Source: an uncultured Candidatus Binatia bacterium
Lineage (GTDB): Bacteria > Desulfobacterota > Binatia > UBA9968 > JAJDTQ01
Length of the DNA stretch: 64,000 nucleotides
Assembly: GCA_965215605.1 (NCBI GenBank)
Contig: OZ244070.1
Coordinates: 2,272,001-2,336,000 of the forward strand
Direction of reading: 5' to 3'
The position numbers were made by a program, and so were the translations under genes. Numbering within the stretch: position 1 is the stretch's first letter; each line of letters begins with the position of its first letter. The notes beneath the pieces were generated by a model. It was not told the DNA's origin and made no database searches. It saw only the letters and a program-made list of their open reading frames with translations. Below, in pieces: positions 33,443 through 45,488 of this stretch.

Positions 33443-33977
33443 AGCTGCAAAACGCAAGGGTACGGCTCTCCTGGCCGTGATGAACGAGAACTGCACCAGT
33501 TGCGCCGGGTCGCCCCTGTGCGAGGTCCACTGCCCGGTGGACGACTGCATCAACCTCCTCTACGAGGAGATGCCCGGAGGCGGCCTCAAGCCCTACCGGG
33601 TGTGGGTGGACAACGAGAAGTGCATCGGCTGCCAGATGTGCTACAGCGACGACCTCACCAAGATCCACGAGCACAAGACCACCGGCGTGGTCTACTTCGA
33701 GTACGGCAACCGCCTCTACGACGCCAACAAGAAGATCCTGGAGAAGGAGCAGGAGCCCAAGAAGAGCGAGCTCCAGCTCATCGGCACCGACTCGGAGGAC
33801 CGCCTCGACAAGAAGATCTGCCCCTGGGACGCCATCAGCATGGTGGAATACGAGGACGCCCTCGAGCTTTCCAAGCTCTACTACGACCCCGCGCTCATCT
33901 CCACCGAAGACGGCGTCTACTCCATCGGCGACAAGGGCAAGGAAGAACTCGAGGACCGGCAGATGGAGGGGTTCTAG
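33435..33977 (+). CDS. 2[4Fe-4S] ferredoxin-like protein with a long insertion
   Basis: CTSCAGSPLCEVHCP and CIGCQMC...(59 aa)...CPWDAI. Confidence 0.82.
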   Translation: MAEAAKRKGTALLAVMNENCTSCAGSPLCEVHCPVDDCINLLYEEMPGGGLKPYRVWVDNEKCIGCQMCYSDDLTKIHEHKTTGVVYFEYGNRLYDANKKILEKEQEPKKSELQLIGTDSEDRLDKKICPWDAISMVEYEDALELSKLYYDPALISTEDGVYSIGDKGKEELEDRQMEGF

Positions 33978-33984
33978 AGATACG

Positions 33985-36702
33985 GTGAAGGATCTCTATC
34001 GTTTCTGGGGAAAGGCCCGCCCGGCATCTCTCGACAACGGTCCTGACTGGCATCCGCTCGCTTTTCACTGCCTCGATGTGGCCGCGGTGGGAGAGGCTCT
34101 GCTCACTCAACACCGAGGCCTTGGCGAGAGCCTCTTTCGTCTGCTGGGTCTGTCGCAAGAGCAAGCCGTTCCGCTGATCTGTTACCTCCTCTGTCTGCAT
34201 GACGTCGGCAAATTCGCCAAAAAGTTTCAGGCCAAGGCACCGGAACTCTACCCCGATTGTTTCGGTGACGACCCGCAGGGATTCCCGCATCGTTACGATC
34301 ACGGCGCCGGAGGCTTGCGCATGTTCGACGCCGGTTCCGATGCGTTCGGGCTGCCGAAGGCAACCGGCAACGATGTCTGGCGCCCCCTGATTTCCGCGGT
34401 CACCGGTCATCATGGCTCGCCTCCGCAGCCGGGCAGTGAGGAAAGCCTGATCACGTTGCGAAGCGATTTCGGGCGCGCTGGGATCGAAAACGCCCACCGG
34501 TTCATGCTGCAAGCGGGTGAGCTGTTCGCTGTCCCCGCGGATCTTCCCTCCATAGACCGCCGCCGGTGTCGGCGCGCGTCACACGCGGTCGCCGGTGTGG
34601 CCGTGTTGGCCGACTGGATCGGATCGAATCAGGATTGGTTCCGATATCGTGAGCCGCTTCAAGACCTTGAGGCCTACTGGCACTATGCCCGGGAACGAGC
34701 GGGATGTGCGGTGACCGACTCGGGCGTGCTGCCGAAAGTCATAGGCGACCATCTTCGTTATGAAGACCTGATCGGCGCCGACTCAGCGCCGAGTCCGATG
34801 CAGGAATGGGCTCTGTCGGTGGACATTCCGACCGGCCCCGCACTCTTCATGATCGAGGACGAGACCGGCAGCGGGAAGACCGAAGCCGCGCTGATGCTTG
34901 CCCACCGGCTGATGATGTCTGGCCGGGCCGATGGTTTGTACGTCGCTTTGCCCACGATGGCGACGGCGAATGCCATGTTTGACCGGCTCGCGGTGGCTCA
35001 TCGCCATCTTTTCGCGCCGGGCGTCGAGCCTTCCATCGCGTTGGCCCACGGCGCTCGTGGCCTGCACAATGGCTTTCGGGCCGCCGTCGTCAAGGGCGGC
35101 CGATCGGAGGAACCCTATTCGGAATCCGCGGAGTCGGATCAAGAAACCGAAACGACTGCATCGGCCTCATGCGCCACATGGATTGCGGACGACCGCCGCC
35201 GCACGTTCCTGGCCGACGTCGGCGCTGGAACCATTGATCAGGCGTTGTTATCGGTATTGCCGAACCGGCACCAATCACTGAGGCTGTTAGGATTGATGCG
35301 CCGCGTGCTTATACTCGACGAGGTGCACGCCTATGACGCGTACATGCAGCGTGAAATGGAGCGGTTGCTCGAGTTCCAGGCGGGGCTCGGCGGCTCTGCG
35401 ATTCTTTTGTCGGCCACGTTGCCGAGGTCGATACGGAAACGACTGACCGATGCCTACAGGAGCGGTTTGGGTGAGAATTTGAACGGTGGTACCGCCAGCA
35501 TGGACTACCCGCTCGCCACCGTCTGCGCCGCCGACGTTCATTCAGGCACGAAGGTGAACAGTCGAGTCGAGCGCGCGCGTTCGCTTCCTGTCCGTTTTCT
35601 CCGGTCTTCCGACGACGCAATGAGCGAGATCCATCAGGCGGCCTGCGCCGGCAAGGCCGTTCTCTACATACGCAACACCGTCGACGACGTACTCGACGCC
35701 CATGCGGCCCTGGAGGCGCGGGGACTGGAGCCTCGCCTCTTCCATGCCCGGTTCGCTCTGGTAGACCGACTCAACATCGAAAAGGAGGTCGTCGCGTTGT
35801 TCGGCAAACACGGCAAGTCCGCCGAACGCGCCGGCCAGGTGCTCATCGCAACACAGGTGGTCGAGCAATCGCTGGACCTGGACTTCGATGTACTGGTCAC
35901 CGACCTCGCCCCCATCGACCTGTTGATCCAGCGGGCGGGAAGGCTTTGGCGGCACCATCGTCCAGAGCGCCGCGGACAGCCGGAGTTGCGGGTGGTAGCA
36001 CCGGAACCCGTCGCCAACGCGGACGAGGCATGGTTCGGCCGGGCGTTTCCGCGCGCACAGTACGTCTACCGAGATTACGCCCGCCTGTGGCTGACGGCGC
36101 GGACGTTGGAGGAGGCCTGTATCATCGAGAGCCCTGGCGGCATGCGGACGCTCATCGAAGCCGTCTACGGGGAGGATGCGGATCAATGCCTGCCGGGCGA
36201 ATTGCAGGGCAGCTTTTTCGACGCAGAGGGCAGGGCAGGCGCGGAGCGAGGTGTGGCGACGACCAACGTCCTGGACCTGGGCAAGGGTTATGTGCGGGAC
36301 GGCGGCGCCTGGGACAGAGATGTCCGAACGCCGACCCGACTCGTTGACGACCCACATGTCACCTTGCGGCTCGCTCGTGTCCGCGACGGCCGGATTGAAC
36401 CCTATGCCCACGGTGACGCTCCTCGCGAGCCGTGGGTCGGATGGCGGCTCAGCGAGGTGAACGTTGCGGCCCGGCGTGTTCGCGGCGAGGCCTTGCCGCA
36501 AGAACACGCTGAGGCCGCGCGAGTGGCCAAAGCGGACTGGACAAGGTACGATTCGGATAACATCCTTGTAGTGCTTGAGGAGACCGGTGTCCCCGGTGCT
36601 CCTCTGCGAGGGAAGGCGGTTTCCGGGAGCGAGCCTCAACGAGAAGTTCTCCTGAACTATGACTCCCGGAAGGGAGTGACGTGGGAGAAGAACGAAGAAT
36701 GA
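33985..36702 (+). CDS. cas3: Type I-E Cas3 HD nuclease-helicase
   Basis: WHPLAFHCLDVA, LHDVGK, GHHG, LADWIGS, TGSGKTEA, DEVH, SAT and QRAGRLWRH motifs. Confidence 0.97.
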   Translation: MKDLYRFWGKARPASLDNGPDWHPLAFHCLDVAAVGEALLTQHRGLGESLFRLLGLSQEQAVPLICYLLCLHDVGKFAKKFQAKAPELYPDCFGDDPQGFPHRYDHGAGGLRMFDAGSDAFGLPKATGNDVWRPLISAVTGHHGSPPQPGSEESLITLRSDFGRAGIENAHRFMLQAGELFAVPADLPSIDRRRCRRASHAVAGVAVLADWIGSNQDWFRYREPLQDLEAYWHYARERAGCAVTDSGVLPKVIGDHLRYEDLIGADSAPSPMQEWALSVDIPTGPALFMIEDETGSGKTEAALMLAHRLMMSGRADGLYVALPTMATANAMFDRLAVAHRHLFAPGVEPSIALAHGARGLHNGFRAAVVKGGRSEEPYSESAESDQETETTASASCATWIADDRRRTFLADVGAGTIDQALLSVLPNRHQSLRLLGLMRRVLILDEVHAYDAYMQREMERLLEFQAGLGGSAILLSATLPRSIRKRLTDAYRSGLGENLNGGTASMDYPLATVCAADVHSGTKVNSRVERARSLPVRFLRSSDDAMSEIHQAACAGKAVLYIRNTVDDVLDAHAALEARGLEPRLFHARFALVDRLNIEKEVVALFGKHGKSAERAGQVLIATQVVEQSLDLDFDVLVTDLAPIDLLIQRAGRLWRHHRPERRGQPELRVVAPEPVANADEAWFGRAFPRAQYVYRDYARLWLTARTLEEACIIESPGGMRTLIEAVYGEDADQCLPGELQGSFFDAEGRAGAERGVATTNVLDLGKGYVRDGGAWDRDVRTPTRLVDDPHVTLRLARVRDGRIEPYAHGDAPREPWVGWRLSEVNVAARRVRGEALPQEHAEAARVAKADWTRYDSDNILVVLEETGVPGAPLRGKAVSGSEPQREVLLNYDSRKGVTWEKNEE

Positions 36703-38396
36703 CCGATCCGGTGACGGCCGATGCGCCGCAGGCCGTCTTCAACCTGATCGACGAGCCATGGTTGCCCATGAGGCGCCGAAGCGGCGTTATCGAGTACGTG
36801 CAGCCGTGGCGAGTCACCGAAGGGATTGCGGACGATCCGTTTACAGCCTTTGCCTGGCCGCGACCGGACTTCAATGGAGCGGCGCACGAACTCTTGATCG
36901 GTCTGCTGTCCACCGCCGCCGCGCCCGACGACGACGAAGAATGGAAGAACTGGTGGCGGGAACCGCCGTCGCCGGACGTACTGAGAGAACGCTTCGCGAC
37001 GGTCGGTCACGCTTTTAACCTGGACGGCCCCGGCCCGAGGTTTTTGCAGGATCTCGGTGCGCTCGAAGGTGCTGAAGACAAGGAGATCGCGGCGTTGTTG
37101 GTTGACGCGCCGGGTGCACAGACCCTGCGCAACAACGCGGACTTGTTCGTGAAGCGGGGAGGCGTGCCGGTGCTCTCCCGCGCGGCCGCTGCAATGGCGC
37201 TCTTCACGCTGAACGCCTTCGCTCCCGCAGGTGGTGCTGGCCATCGCACGTCGCTTCGCGGCGGCGGTCCGATGACGACGTTGGTCGTCACAGACCACTC
37301 CGAATACGGCGCCACTCTATGGGGCCGGCTCTGGCCGAACATCGAAAGCCGGGAACAGGTCGAAGCTCGCGCAATAGGTTCGAAGCTTGATGAAGATCCC
37401 GGTACGGTCTTTCCTTGGCTCATCCCCACCCGTACGTCCGACCCGAAGGCTGGCGGCAGACCGACGACTCCTGCGGATGTCCATCCTCTGCATGTCTATT
37501 GGGGCATGCCCAGGCGCATCCGATTGTTGTTCGAGGATGCCGAGGACCGCAGATGCGGACTTACGGACGTCCGGGACTCCGTGGTTGTGCCACGGTATCG
37601 AACCAGGAACTACGGCAACAACTATTCTGACGGATTCCAGCACCCGCTGACACCATACTACCGTCCGAAGCCGACCTCGGCGGAAAAGCTCGCCGTCCAT
37701 CCGAGTCCCGGTGGCATCAGCTACCGCCTGTGGCCGGGGATCGTCGTCCCGAGCAACGACAACCTTCGCGAACCTGCGCAGGTAGTCCGGCAGTGGCACC
37801 AGGAACGGTTCCGCAACGCCCTGCGAGCACGTTTCGTCGCATTCGGTTACGACATGGACAACATGAAGGCGCGCGCCTGGCTCGAAGGCGAGGTGCCGTT
37901 ATGGCACTTCGACGACGACGTGGAAGAGTGGCTTTGTAAGTTCATCCAGAGGGCGACCGCGGGCGCCGACACGGTGACTCGCTTGATGACCGGTGCCGTA
38001 AAATCTGCTCTGTACGATCGTCCAAAGGACGCGGACGGCGACTATGGCTTTCTCGCTGAACGTTTCTACCGTGACACGGAAGCAGAATTTTATGCGGCTC
38101 TCGGCCAGTCCGTGTCGATGATCCAGGCGGACCCGGACAACGACGACCCCACCATGGAGGTGCGCCGGGGCTGGGCGCCGGTGATGGAGAAGGCGGCCTT
38201 GCGCTTGTTCGACGAGTACGCTCCCTCCGACGGCCTGGAGAATCGGGACATGCACCGTTACGTCAGGGCAAGGTTCTACTTGGCTCTTGCGCTTCGCGGG
38301 CGTGGGAAGAATGGCAAGGCCCTGTTCGAACGCGACCTCGGCATTCCATCGCCGGAGAGTTCGCGGCCACGTGCCCGCAAAAAGGAGGCTGCATGA
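36699..38396 (+). CDS. cas8e: Type I-E Cas8e (Cse1/CasA)
   Basis: FNLIDEPWLP, PRFLQD, GHRTSLRGGGP, WGMPRRIRL and HPLTPY motifs; ATGA overlap with cas3. Confidence 0.95.
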   Translation: MTDPVTADAPQAVFNLIDEPWLPMRRRSGVIEYVQPWRVTEGIADDPFTAFAWPRPDFNGAAHELLIGLLSTAAAPDDDEEWKNWWREPPSPDVLRERFATVGHAFNLDGPGPRFLQDLGALEGAEDKEIAALLVDAPGAQTLRNNADLFVKRGGVPVLSRAAAAMALFTLNAFAPAGGAGHRTSLRGGGPMTTLVVTDHSEYGATLWGRLWPNIESREQVEARAIGSKLDEDPGTVFPWLIPTRTSDPKAGGRPTTPADVHPLHVYWGMPRRIRLLFEDAEDRRCGLTDVRDSVVVPRYRTRNYGNNYSDGFQHPLTPYYRPKPTSAEKLAVHPSPGGISYRLWPGIVVPSNDNLREPAQVVRQWHQERFRNALRARFVAFGYDMDNMKARAWLEGEVPLWHFDDDVEEWLCKFIQRATAGADTVTRLMTGAVKSALYDRPKDADGDYGFLAERFYRDTEAEFYAALGQSVSMIQADPDNDDPTMEVRRGWAPVMEKAALRLFDEYAPSDGLENRDMHRYVRARFYLALALRGRGKNGKALFERDLGIPSPESSRPRARKKEAA

Positions 38397-38953
38397 CGAA
38401 CCCGACGGCATCCGCCAGGGCCGTTTCGGTCGCATTCGAGTGGTGGCGCGGGCTGAATCCGACGGATTCTGTGCCGTCCGGTCGCCAGCGGGCGGGCTCG
38501 GCGCGACTGCGGCGAGCCGCTACGCCCCTTGAAGTAATCCAGGAGCCGGAGGCGTTGCGGTTGATCGCGAGGCTGCCGCGTGACCCGGAGCGGGTCGCCA
38601 TTCTCGCGGGGGTGCTGGCCTTCGTGCGGGAGACGGAGACACAGCGCGTGGCCCGGGCCGTGGGCCGCACGGGGCTTGACGACGACAAGTCGGCCCTCCT
38701 GTCGGAAAACCGCTTTAGACGCCTGCTTCAGGTTCCTGTCTGCGACCTCCTGGAGCCGATGCGCCGGCTCGTTCGCATGACGAAGGGGACGCTCAACGTC
38801 CACGACCTTTCCAGTTCGATCCTGTATTGGAACGACGCAGTGAAGAAGCGCTGGATATTCGACTATTACGGGGTCGGTGCCGCAGGCGAGAGCGGTGCCG
38901 CGGGTTCGCCCACTCCTGACCGAATCGAAGAACGGGAACGCGACAATGGCTGA
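38393..38953 (+). CDS. cse2: Type I-E Cas11 (Cse2/CasB)
   Basis: ARLRRA, LSENRFRRLL and W..DYY motifs; positioned between cas8e and cas7. Confidence 0.92.
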   Translation: MTNPTASARAVSVAFEWWRGLNPTDSVPSGRQRAGSARLRRAATPLEVIQEPEALRLIARLPRDPERVAILAGVLAFVRETETQRVARAVGRTGLDDDKSALLSENRFRRLLQVPVCDLLEPMRRLVRMTKGTLNVHDLSSSILYWNDAVKKRWIFDYYGVGAAGESGAAGSPTPDRIEERERDNG

Positions 38954-39998
38954 CTTTCTGCAACTGCATCTCCTTACCGCCTACGGTCCTTCGAACCTGA
39001 ACCGGGACGATACCGGTCGGCCCAAGAGCGTGGTCTTCGGCGGCGTGCCGCGACTGCGTGTTTCTTCGCAGAGCCTGAAGCGAGCCTGGCGTGCCTCCGA
39101 GGTCTTCGCCGAGAAACTCGAGGGTCACCTTGCGGCCCGCACACAAAGACTCGGCAAGGACGTTCTTGATCGGCTGCGGGAAGACGGTGCGGACGAGGAC
39201 AAGGCCTTGGAGATCGCGCGAACAATTGCAGGCATCTTCGGAAAGGTCAAGAGCGAGAAAGACGATGCCCCAACGTTCACGGAGCAGCTCGCTTTCGTGT
39301 CTCCTGGGGAACAGGAAAGGGCGTTCGCGCTTGCCGGCAGGATGCTTGCCGGGGAAGTTTCCGAGAAGCCATCGCCGGATGACTTGCTTCGGAGCGCCGA
39401 TGAGGCGGCCGATATCGCGATGTTCGGGCGAATGCTCGCCGACAATCCGAAGTTCAACCGGGAGGCGGCGGTGCAAGTCGCACACGCCGTCACAACCCAT
39501 CGCGCTATGGCGGAGGATGACTACTACACCGCCGTCGATGATCTGAAGTCGCGCGATGAGCTGGACGACGCGGGGGCCGGATTCGTTGGCGTGCAGGAAT
39601 TCGGCGCTGGAGTGTTCTACCTCTATATCTGTGTGGATCGGGAGCTCCTACTGTCCAATCTGGACAATTTGCAGCCTCTTCATGATTCGAGCTTGGCCGC
39701 CCTTGTCGAAGCCGCCGCCACCGTCGCGCCGGGCGGTAAGCAGGCGAGCTTTGCCAGCCGTGCCCGCGCATTCTATGCGCTCGGCGAGAAGGGTTCGGCG
39801 CAACCTCGCAGCCTCGCTGCCGCATTCCTGAAGCCGGTGACAGGCGACGACCAGGGCGTCGAGTCCATCACAGCCCTTGAGGAGTTCCGGGACCGGCTCG
39901 ATGGAGCCTATGGGCCGTGCGCCGATGATCGCTACACGATGAACGTTGCATCCGGTGAGGGGACGCTTCGGGATCTCCTCGCATTCTCGATCGGGTGA
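38946..39998 (+). CDS. cas7: Type I-E Cas7 (Cse4/CasC)
   Basis: SNLNRDDTGRPK, RVSSQSLKRAWR, DIAMFGRMLAD and DYYTAVDD motifs. Confidence 0.96.
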   Translation: MADFLQLHLLTAYGPSNLNRDDTGRPKSVVFGGVPRLRVSSQSLKRAWRASEVFAEKLEGHLAARTQRLGKDVLDRLREDGADEDKALEIARTIAGIFGKVKSEKDDAPTFTEQLAFVSPGEQERAFALAGRMLAGEVSEKPSPDDLLRSADEAADIAMFGRMLADNPKFNREAAVQVAHAVTTHRAMAEDDYYTAVDDLKSRDELDDAGAGFVGVQEFGAGVFYLYICVDRELLLSNLDNLQPLHDSSLAALVEAAATVAPGGKQASFASRARAFYALGEKGSAQPRSLAAAFLKPVTGDDQGVESITALEEFRDRLDGAYGPCADDRYTMNVASGEGTLRDLLAFSIG

Positions 39999-40002
39999 CG
40001 CC

Positions 40003-40722
40003 ATGCGCTTTCTCGTCTTCACCCTTTACGCCCCTATGGCTTCGTTCGGCGAGATCGCGGTGGGGGAACGGCGCATGAGTTGGGCTCGGCCCGGTCGGTC
40101 CGCGGTCCTTGGTCTCGTGGCCGCGGCCCAGGGAATCGACCGCGTGGACGAGGGTGCCCACCAGCAACTGGATGCCGGTCTTTACTACGCCGTTAGGACC
40201 GATGCGGCGGGCCGGCCGCTCATCGACTATCACACGGCTCAGACTCCGAAGGCTCGCAAGGGGCAGAGTTTTGCGACCCGGCGGGAAGAATTGGAATCGG
40301 ACGATATCAACACGGTTCTTTCCAGCCGGGAGTGGCGGGCGGATGCGTACTTCACGGTCGCGTTGTGGCCGCGACCGGAACGGGCCATCGACCTTGAAGA
40401 GATCGCCGGGGCATTGCGCAATCCGCGTTTCACGCTCTACGTGGGACGCAAGGCAGCGCCGCTCGGTCTGCCCATGGCCCCCGAGATCATCGAAGCCGAC
40501 ACCTTCATGGCAGCCCTTGACGCCCGACGGCCGAATGACGAGGAACGAAGCGTCTTACAGCGAATCGGTATCGACGGGGTGGAGCCCGGCGCCATCGCGT
40601 TCGACCACGACGCGCCCGGAGCGCCGGTGGAAACGCGCGTCGAACGGCGGCGCGATGCGGTTGCGAGCCGCGTCAGGTGGCAGTTCGCCGACAGACTGGA
40701 ACGGGTCGTGATTCCCCGATAG
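40003..40722 (+). CDS. cas5: Type I-E Cas5 (CasD)
   Basis: LYAPMASFG, SAVLGLVAAA, DYHTAQ and LYVGRK motifs. Confidence 0.95.
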   Translation: MRFLVFTLYAPMASFGEIAVGERRMSWARPGRSAVLGLVAAAQGIDRVDEGAHQQLDAGLYYAVRTDAAGRPLIDYHTAQTPKARKGQSFATRREELESDDINTVLSSREWRADAYFTVALWPRPERAIDLEEIAGALRNPRFTLYVGRKAAPLGLPMAPEIIEADTFMAALDARRPNDEERSVLQRIGIDGVEPGAIAFDHDAPGAPVETRVERRRDAVASRVRWQFADRLERVVIPR

Positions 40723-40739
40723 TGCGAGGGTTGACGCGG

Positions 40740-41426
40740 ATGCTTTACCTTTCTCGCGCCCGCCTCAGACGCGATGCTTCGGTAAGCGCTCTCGCGCCAC
40801 TGCTGCTGGGAAAGACCGGAAGAAGCGACGCGTCGCAGCAACCGGGACATCATCTCGTCTGGTCACTCTTCGCCGACGGCTTCCAACGACAGCGCGATTT
40901 TCTCTGGCGTGAAATGGCACACGGCGTGTTCTACATCCTGTCGGCCCGTTGGCCGGAAGACCGACACGGACTGTTCGAGATCGCGGAACCTAAACGCTTC
41001 ACCCCTTCGCTTGCGGCCGGAGATAGCCTGGGTTTTGCATTGCGCGCCAATCCGGTCATCCGCCGCCGCCACGCGGACCGGCGGCGTTCCGTGAAGCACG
41101 ATGTCGTCATGGATGCACTGCGCAACTCGGAGGGCAACCGCGCCGGACGACGTCTGAGGGCCGTGCGCGAACAGGGCCTCGCATGGCTGGAACGGCAGGC
41201 AGGGAAGTCGGGGTTCGAGATACTGTCGGATGGCGTGCGAATCGATGGATACGAGCAACATCGCGTCACCCGCAAGGGGGCCGCGCGCGCACTGGAATTC
41301 TCAACCGTCGACTTCGAGGGACTGCTGACCGTACGCGACCCTGCGGCGCTTCTGACCGCCATCGGCCACGGCTTTGGCGCATCCAAGGCATACGGCTGCG
41401 GGCTCATGCTCATCCGCCGGGCATGA
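40740..41426 (+). CDS. cas6e: Type I-E Cas6e (Cse3/CasE)
   Basis: MLYLSR, HHLVWSLF, LRANP and the C-terminal Gly-rich loop GFGASKAYGCGLM. Confidence 0.95.
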   Translation: MLYLSRARLRRDASVSALAPLLLGKTGRSDASQQPGHHLVWSLFADGFQRQRDFLWREMAHGVFYILSARWPEDRHGLFEIAEPKRFTPSLAAGDSLGFALRANPVIRRRHADRRRSVKHDVVMDALRNSEGNRAGRRLRAVREQGLAWLERQAGKSGFEILSDGVRIDGYEQHRVTRKGAARALEFSTVDFEGLLTVRDPAALLTAIGHGFGASKAYGCGLMLIRRA

Positions 41427-41518
41427 GAGCAGGCGAGTAATGACCGCGACTCGCGCCGACGCGCATGGCCGGATCGGGAAGGGCCCCGGCGGACCTCAAT
41501 GGGCGGGAGAAACACCCC

Positions 41519-42714
41519 ATGGAATGGCAGGATGTCCGACGCCGGATCGATGAGGGCGAAGACCGGCACACGGAACTCAAGCGGGGGCTGGGCGATCTGT
41601 CCGCGGTCGGGAAGGCGATGTGTGCCTTCGCCAACACCGAGGGCGGCCTTGTCATTCTGGGAGTCGAAGACTCAAGGGGGATAACCGGGGTCGAGGAGGC
41701 GGCCGAGAAGGTGCAGGAACGCCTGAGTTCGTTTCTGCAAACGGGTTGCAGCGCACCTGTTCACGCTCGTACCGGCCGCTTCGAGGATTCAGCGGGCTGG
41801 GTGCACTGGATTGAAGTTCCTCGGCAACGCGGGTTCGAGCCCCTGCGTTACGACGGCCGGGTGTGGGTTCGTCGCGGGCGCTCCAGCGTTGAGCCGTCGG
41901 CGATGGAACTACAGGAACTCTACAATGCGTTCGGGTACATTCTCACCGAAGAACGCGCCGTCCTCGATGCAACGCCGACGCACATCGATCTGGAAGCCTT
42001 CCGCTCCTATCTGCAACGCCTGGGGTTCGACACGACGGACGATCCGCAACCGGACAGTGTAGACGACCTGCGCAACCGGGACGTGGTTGTCGAGATCGGC
42101 GGCGACTTGCGCGCAAGCCTCTACGGAGTCCTGGCCTTCGGGAAGGACCCGCAGCGCTACACGCGGACGCGCGACTTTCGCATCGAATGTGTCGCGTATG
42201 CGGGCGACGACCGCGCGTCCGAGGTATTGCAGTTAGCCGATGCGGCGGGGCGTCTCGACGAACAGGTCGAAAGGGCGACGGGATGGTTTCTCGGGCTCGG
42301 CCGCTACGAGTCGTATGAAAACCTTAGACGCGATGACCGTTACCTGTTGCCGCGGCGGGCCATTCGGGAAGCGTTGGCGAATGCGGTGACACACCGGGAC
42401 TATGCGATCACGGGTTCAAGAATCCTGTTCGAGGTGTTCGCCCGTCGCGTGGACGTGACCAGTCCGGGGACGCTGCCCAACCACATGACGGTGGAACGAG
42501 TCCGCGCGGGCGCCAACCCGCGATCAAGAAACGAATCCCTGGCGCACTTCATGGCCGGTATGGGATTCATGGAACGGCGTGGGCGCGGTTGGCTGATCAT
42601 GCGCAAGGAAATGCAGGCTTTCAACGGCACGGAGCCGGAACTGCTCCACGATGAACCCAATCAGTTCGTGCGCGTGACGTTTCTTCTCGACCCCCAAGGT
42701 AGCGGGAGGACGCT

Positions 42715-42718
<4 letters not shown>
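41519..42718 (+). CDS. Schlafen/AlbA_2 domain plus HATPase_c-like (RecG C-terminal type) protein inside the cas operon
   Basis: EGEDRHTELK, CAFANTEGG.VILGVED, REALANAVTHRDY, SPG.LP, SRN and ERRGRG motifs; stop overlaps the cas1 start (GTGATG). Confidence 0.88.
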
Positions 42719-43924
<1,206 letters not shown>

Positions 43925-43951
43925 GCCCAATGTTCCAATTCCCAGCGGCTT

Positions 43952-44590
43952 GTGACCTTGACCTCAATCACTAGGCATTTGGCAAAATGCTCCCTTCACC
44001 CTGAGCGGGTGATTTTTTTGGACATCGAGACCACCGGGCTGAATCCTTACCGTGACGAATTCACTGTGATCGGATGGGCGTACGGCGGTCACGTGAACAC
44101 CATGGTCAAAGGCATGGGTTCAGACCGGCTCTGTGAAGACCTCCGACGCGCGAGGTGGTTGGTTACGTTCAATGGGGTCCGCTTCGACACGAAGTTTTTG
44201 GCGCGAGCTTTCCCTCGGATAGCCCTACCGAGTGTCCATTTCGACCTCCTGAAACTCTGCCGACGAGTTGGACTGAGGGGCGGTCAGAAGGCGATTGAAC
44301 ATGTTCTTGGAATCGGCCAGAGAGACGAAGCGACAAGACTCACTGGTGCGGAAGCGGTGGAACTTTGGCGTCGATACGTCCAAGGAGACGGTGAGGCATT
44401 GCAGAGACTCATCCTGTACAACAGAGCCGATGTCGCAGCTATGGGACCGATCCTTGATGAAATCGTGCAACGAATGGGCCTTCCGCTGGATTCATCCGTG
44501 AAGAAAGTGCGTTTTAGGGATTGGTCAGCGCCGCCCGGTTGGCAAGTGTTGCCAGACACCGGGCCCTGTTCGGCGCAGTTACGGTTTTAG
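43952..44590 (+). CDS. DEDD 3'-5' exonuclease, RNase_H_2/YprB-like (start uncertain; in frame with cas2)
   Basis: ExoI FLDIETTG, ExoII TFNGVRFD, ExoIII YNRADV; GLRGGQKAIE and GAEAVELW family motifs. Confidence 0.85.
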   Translation: MTLTSITRHLAKCSLHPERVIFLDIETTGLNPYRDEFTVIGWAYGGHVNTMVKGMGSDRLCEDLRRARWLVTFNGVRFDTKFLARAFPRIALPSVHFDLLKLCRRVGLRGGQKAIEHVLGIGQRDEATRLTGAEAVELWRRYVQGDGEALQRLILYNRADVAAMGPILDEIVQRMGLPLDSSVKKVRFRDWSAPPGWQVLPDTGPCSAQLRF

Positions 44591-44711
44591 GGCGACAGGG
44601 TGATAAAGAGGGTTTGTTGGCCGATACGTTTTCGGTTTCTTCGGGCAATTGGCAATCCGTGTGTGAATCGTTGCCGAGAAACAGTAGGAATTCCACGTAC
44701 TTCCTCGAAGA
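44591..44711 (+). promoter_or_regulatory. CRISPR leader
   Basis: AT-richer non-coding 121 nt directly before repeat 1; contains an imperfect inverted repeat (TTTCTTCGGGCAA...TTGCCGAGAAA). Confidence 0.75.
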
Positions 44712-45488
44712 GCGTTCCCCGCCCGCGCGGGGATGAACCGGTGCTTTGTGTTCTCGATAGCTGCCGGGAATGGCGTTCCCCGCCCGCGCGGGGATGAACC
44801 GCGTGAGTGCGCCTCTGTGAGTACTCGGTCTGGGCGTTCCCCGCCCGCGCGGGGATGAACCGCAGCCCCCACCACGTATCGAGGCATCCAGCACGCGTTC
44901 CCCGCCCGCGCGGGGATGAACCGATCTTTAACTGTGCGGTAGCACCAACCACGAAGCGTTCCCCGCCCGCGCGGGGATGAACCGTGTCAAGGGACTACGC
45001 ACGACCGCTAGATATCGCGTTCCCCGCCCGCGCGGGGATGAACCGATTAGCCACGACGAACTGAAGAGCCTTCGCACGCGTTCCCCGCCCGCGCGGGGAT
45101 GAACCGGTCGGGCTCAAGGTCCAGGCCACCATGAGTCCGCGTTCCCCGCCCGCGCGGGGATGAACCGCCGTATACTACAGTCGCAGGTAATGACACCGGG
45201 CGTTCCCCGCCCGCGCGGGGATGAACCGCGACGTGGGAGGCTGTTCGAGAGATAGCGGGCGCGTTCCCCGCCCGCGCGGGGATGAACCGCGCACGTCGAA
45301 GCTCTGGGTTTGGATTGCCCAGCGTTCCCCGCCCGCGCGGGGATGAACCGCTCGCTCGGCCCTTTAGCCGCGTAGTCTGCGAGCGTTCCCCGCCCGCGCG
45401 GGGATGAACCGGAGCGTCAGATCGACCTGCTCGACGCCCGGATGCGTTCCCCGCCCGCGCGGGGATGAACCGGAGACGACAATGAAGC
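44712..45488 (+). CRISPR. Type I-E CRISPR array, leader-proximal part (repeats 1-13, spacers 1-12 and the 5' half of spacer 13)
   Basis: 29-nt repeat GCGTTCCCCGCCCGCGCGGGGATGAACCG, 32-nt spacers, 61-nt period from 44712 to 45444. Confidence 0.99.

Noticed and set aside
44670-44711. IHF site in the CRISPR leader
   Set aside because: Only a poor match to WATCAANNNNTTR can be found by eye.
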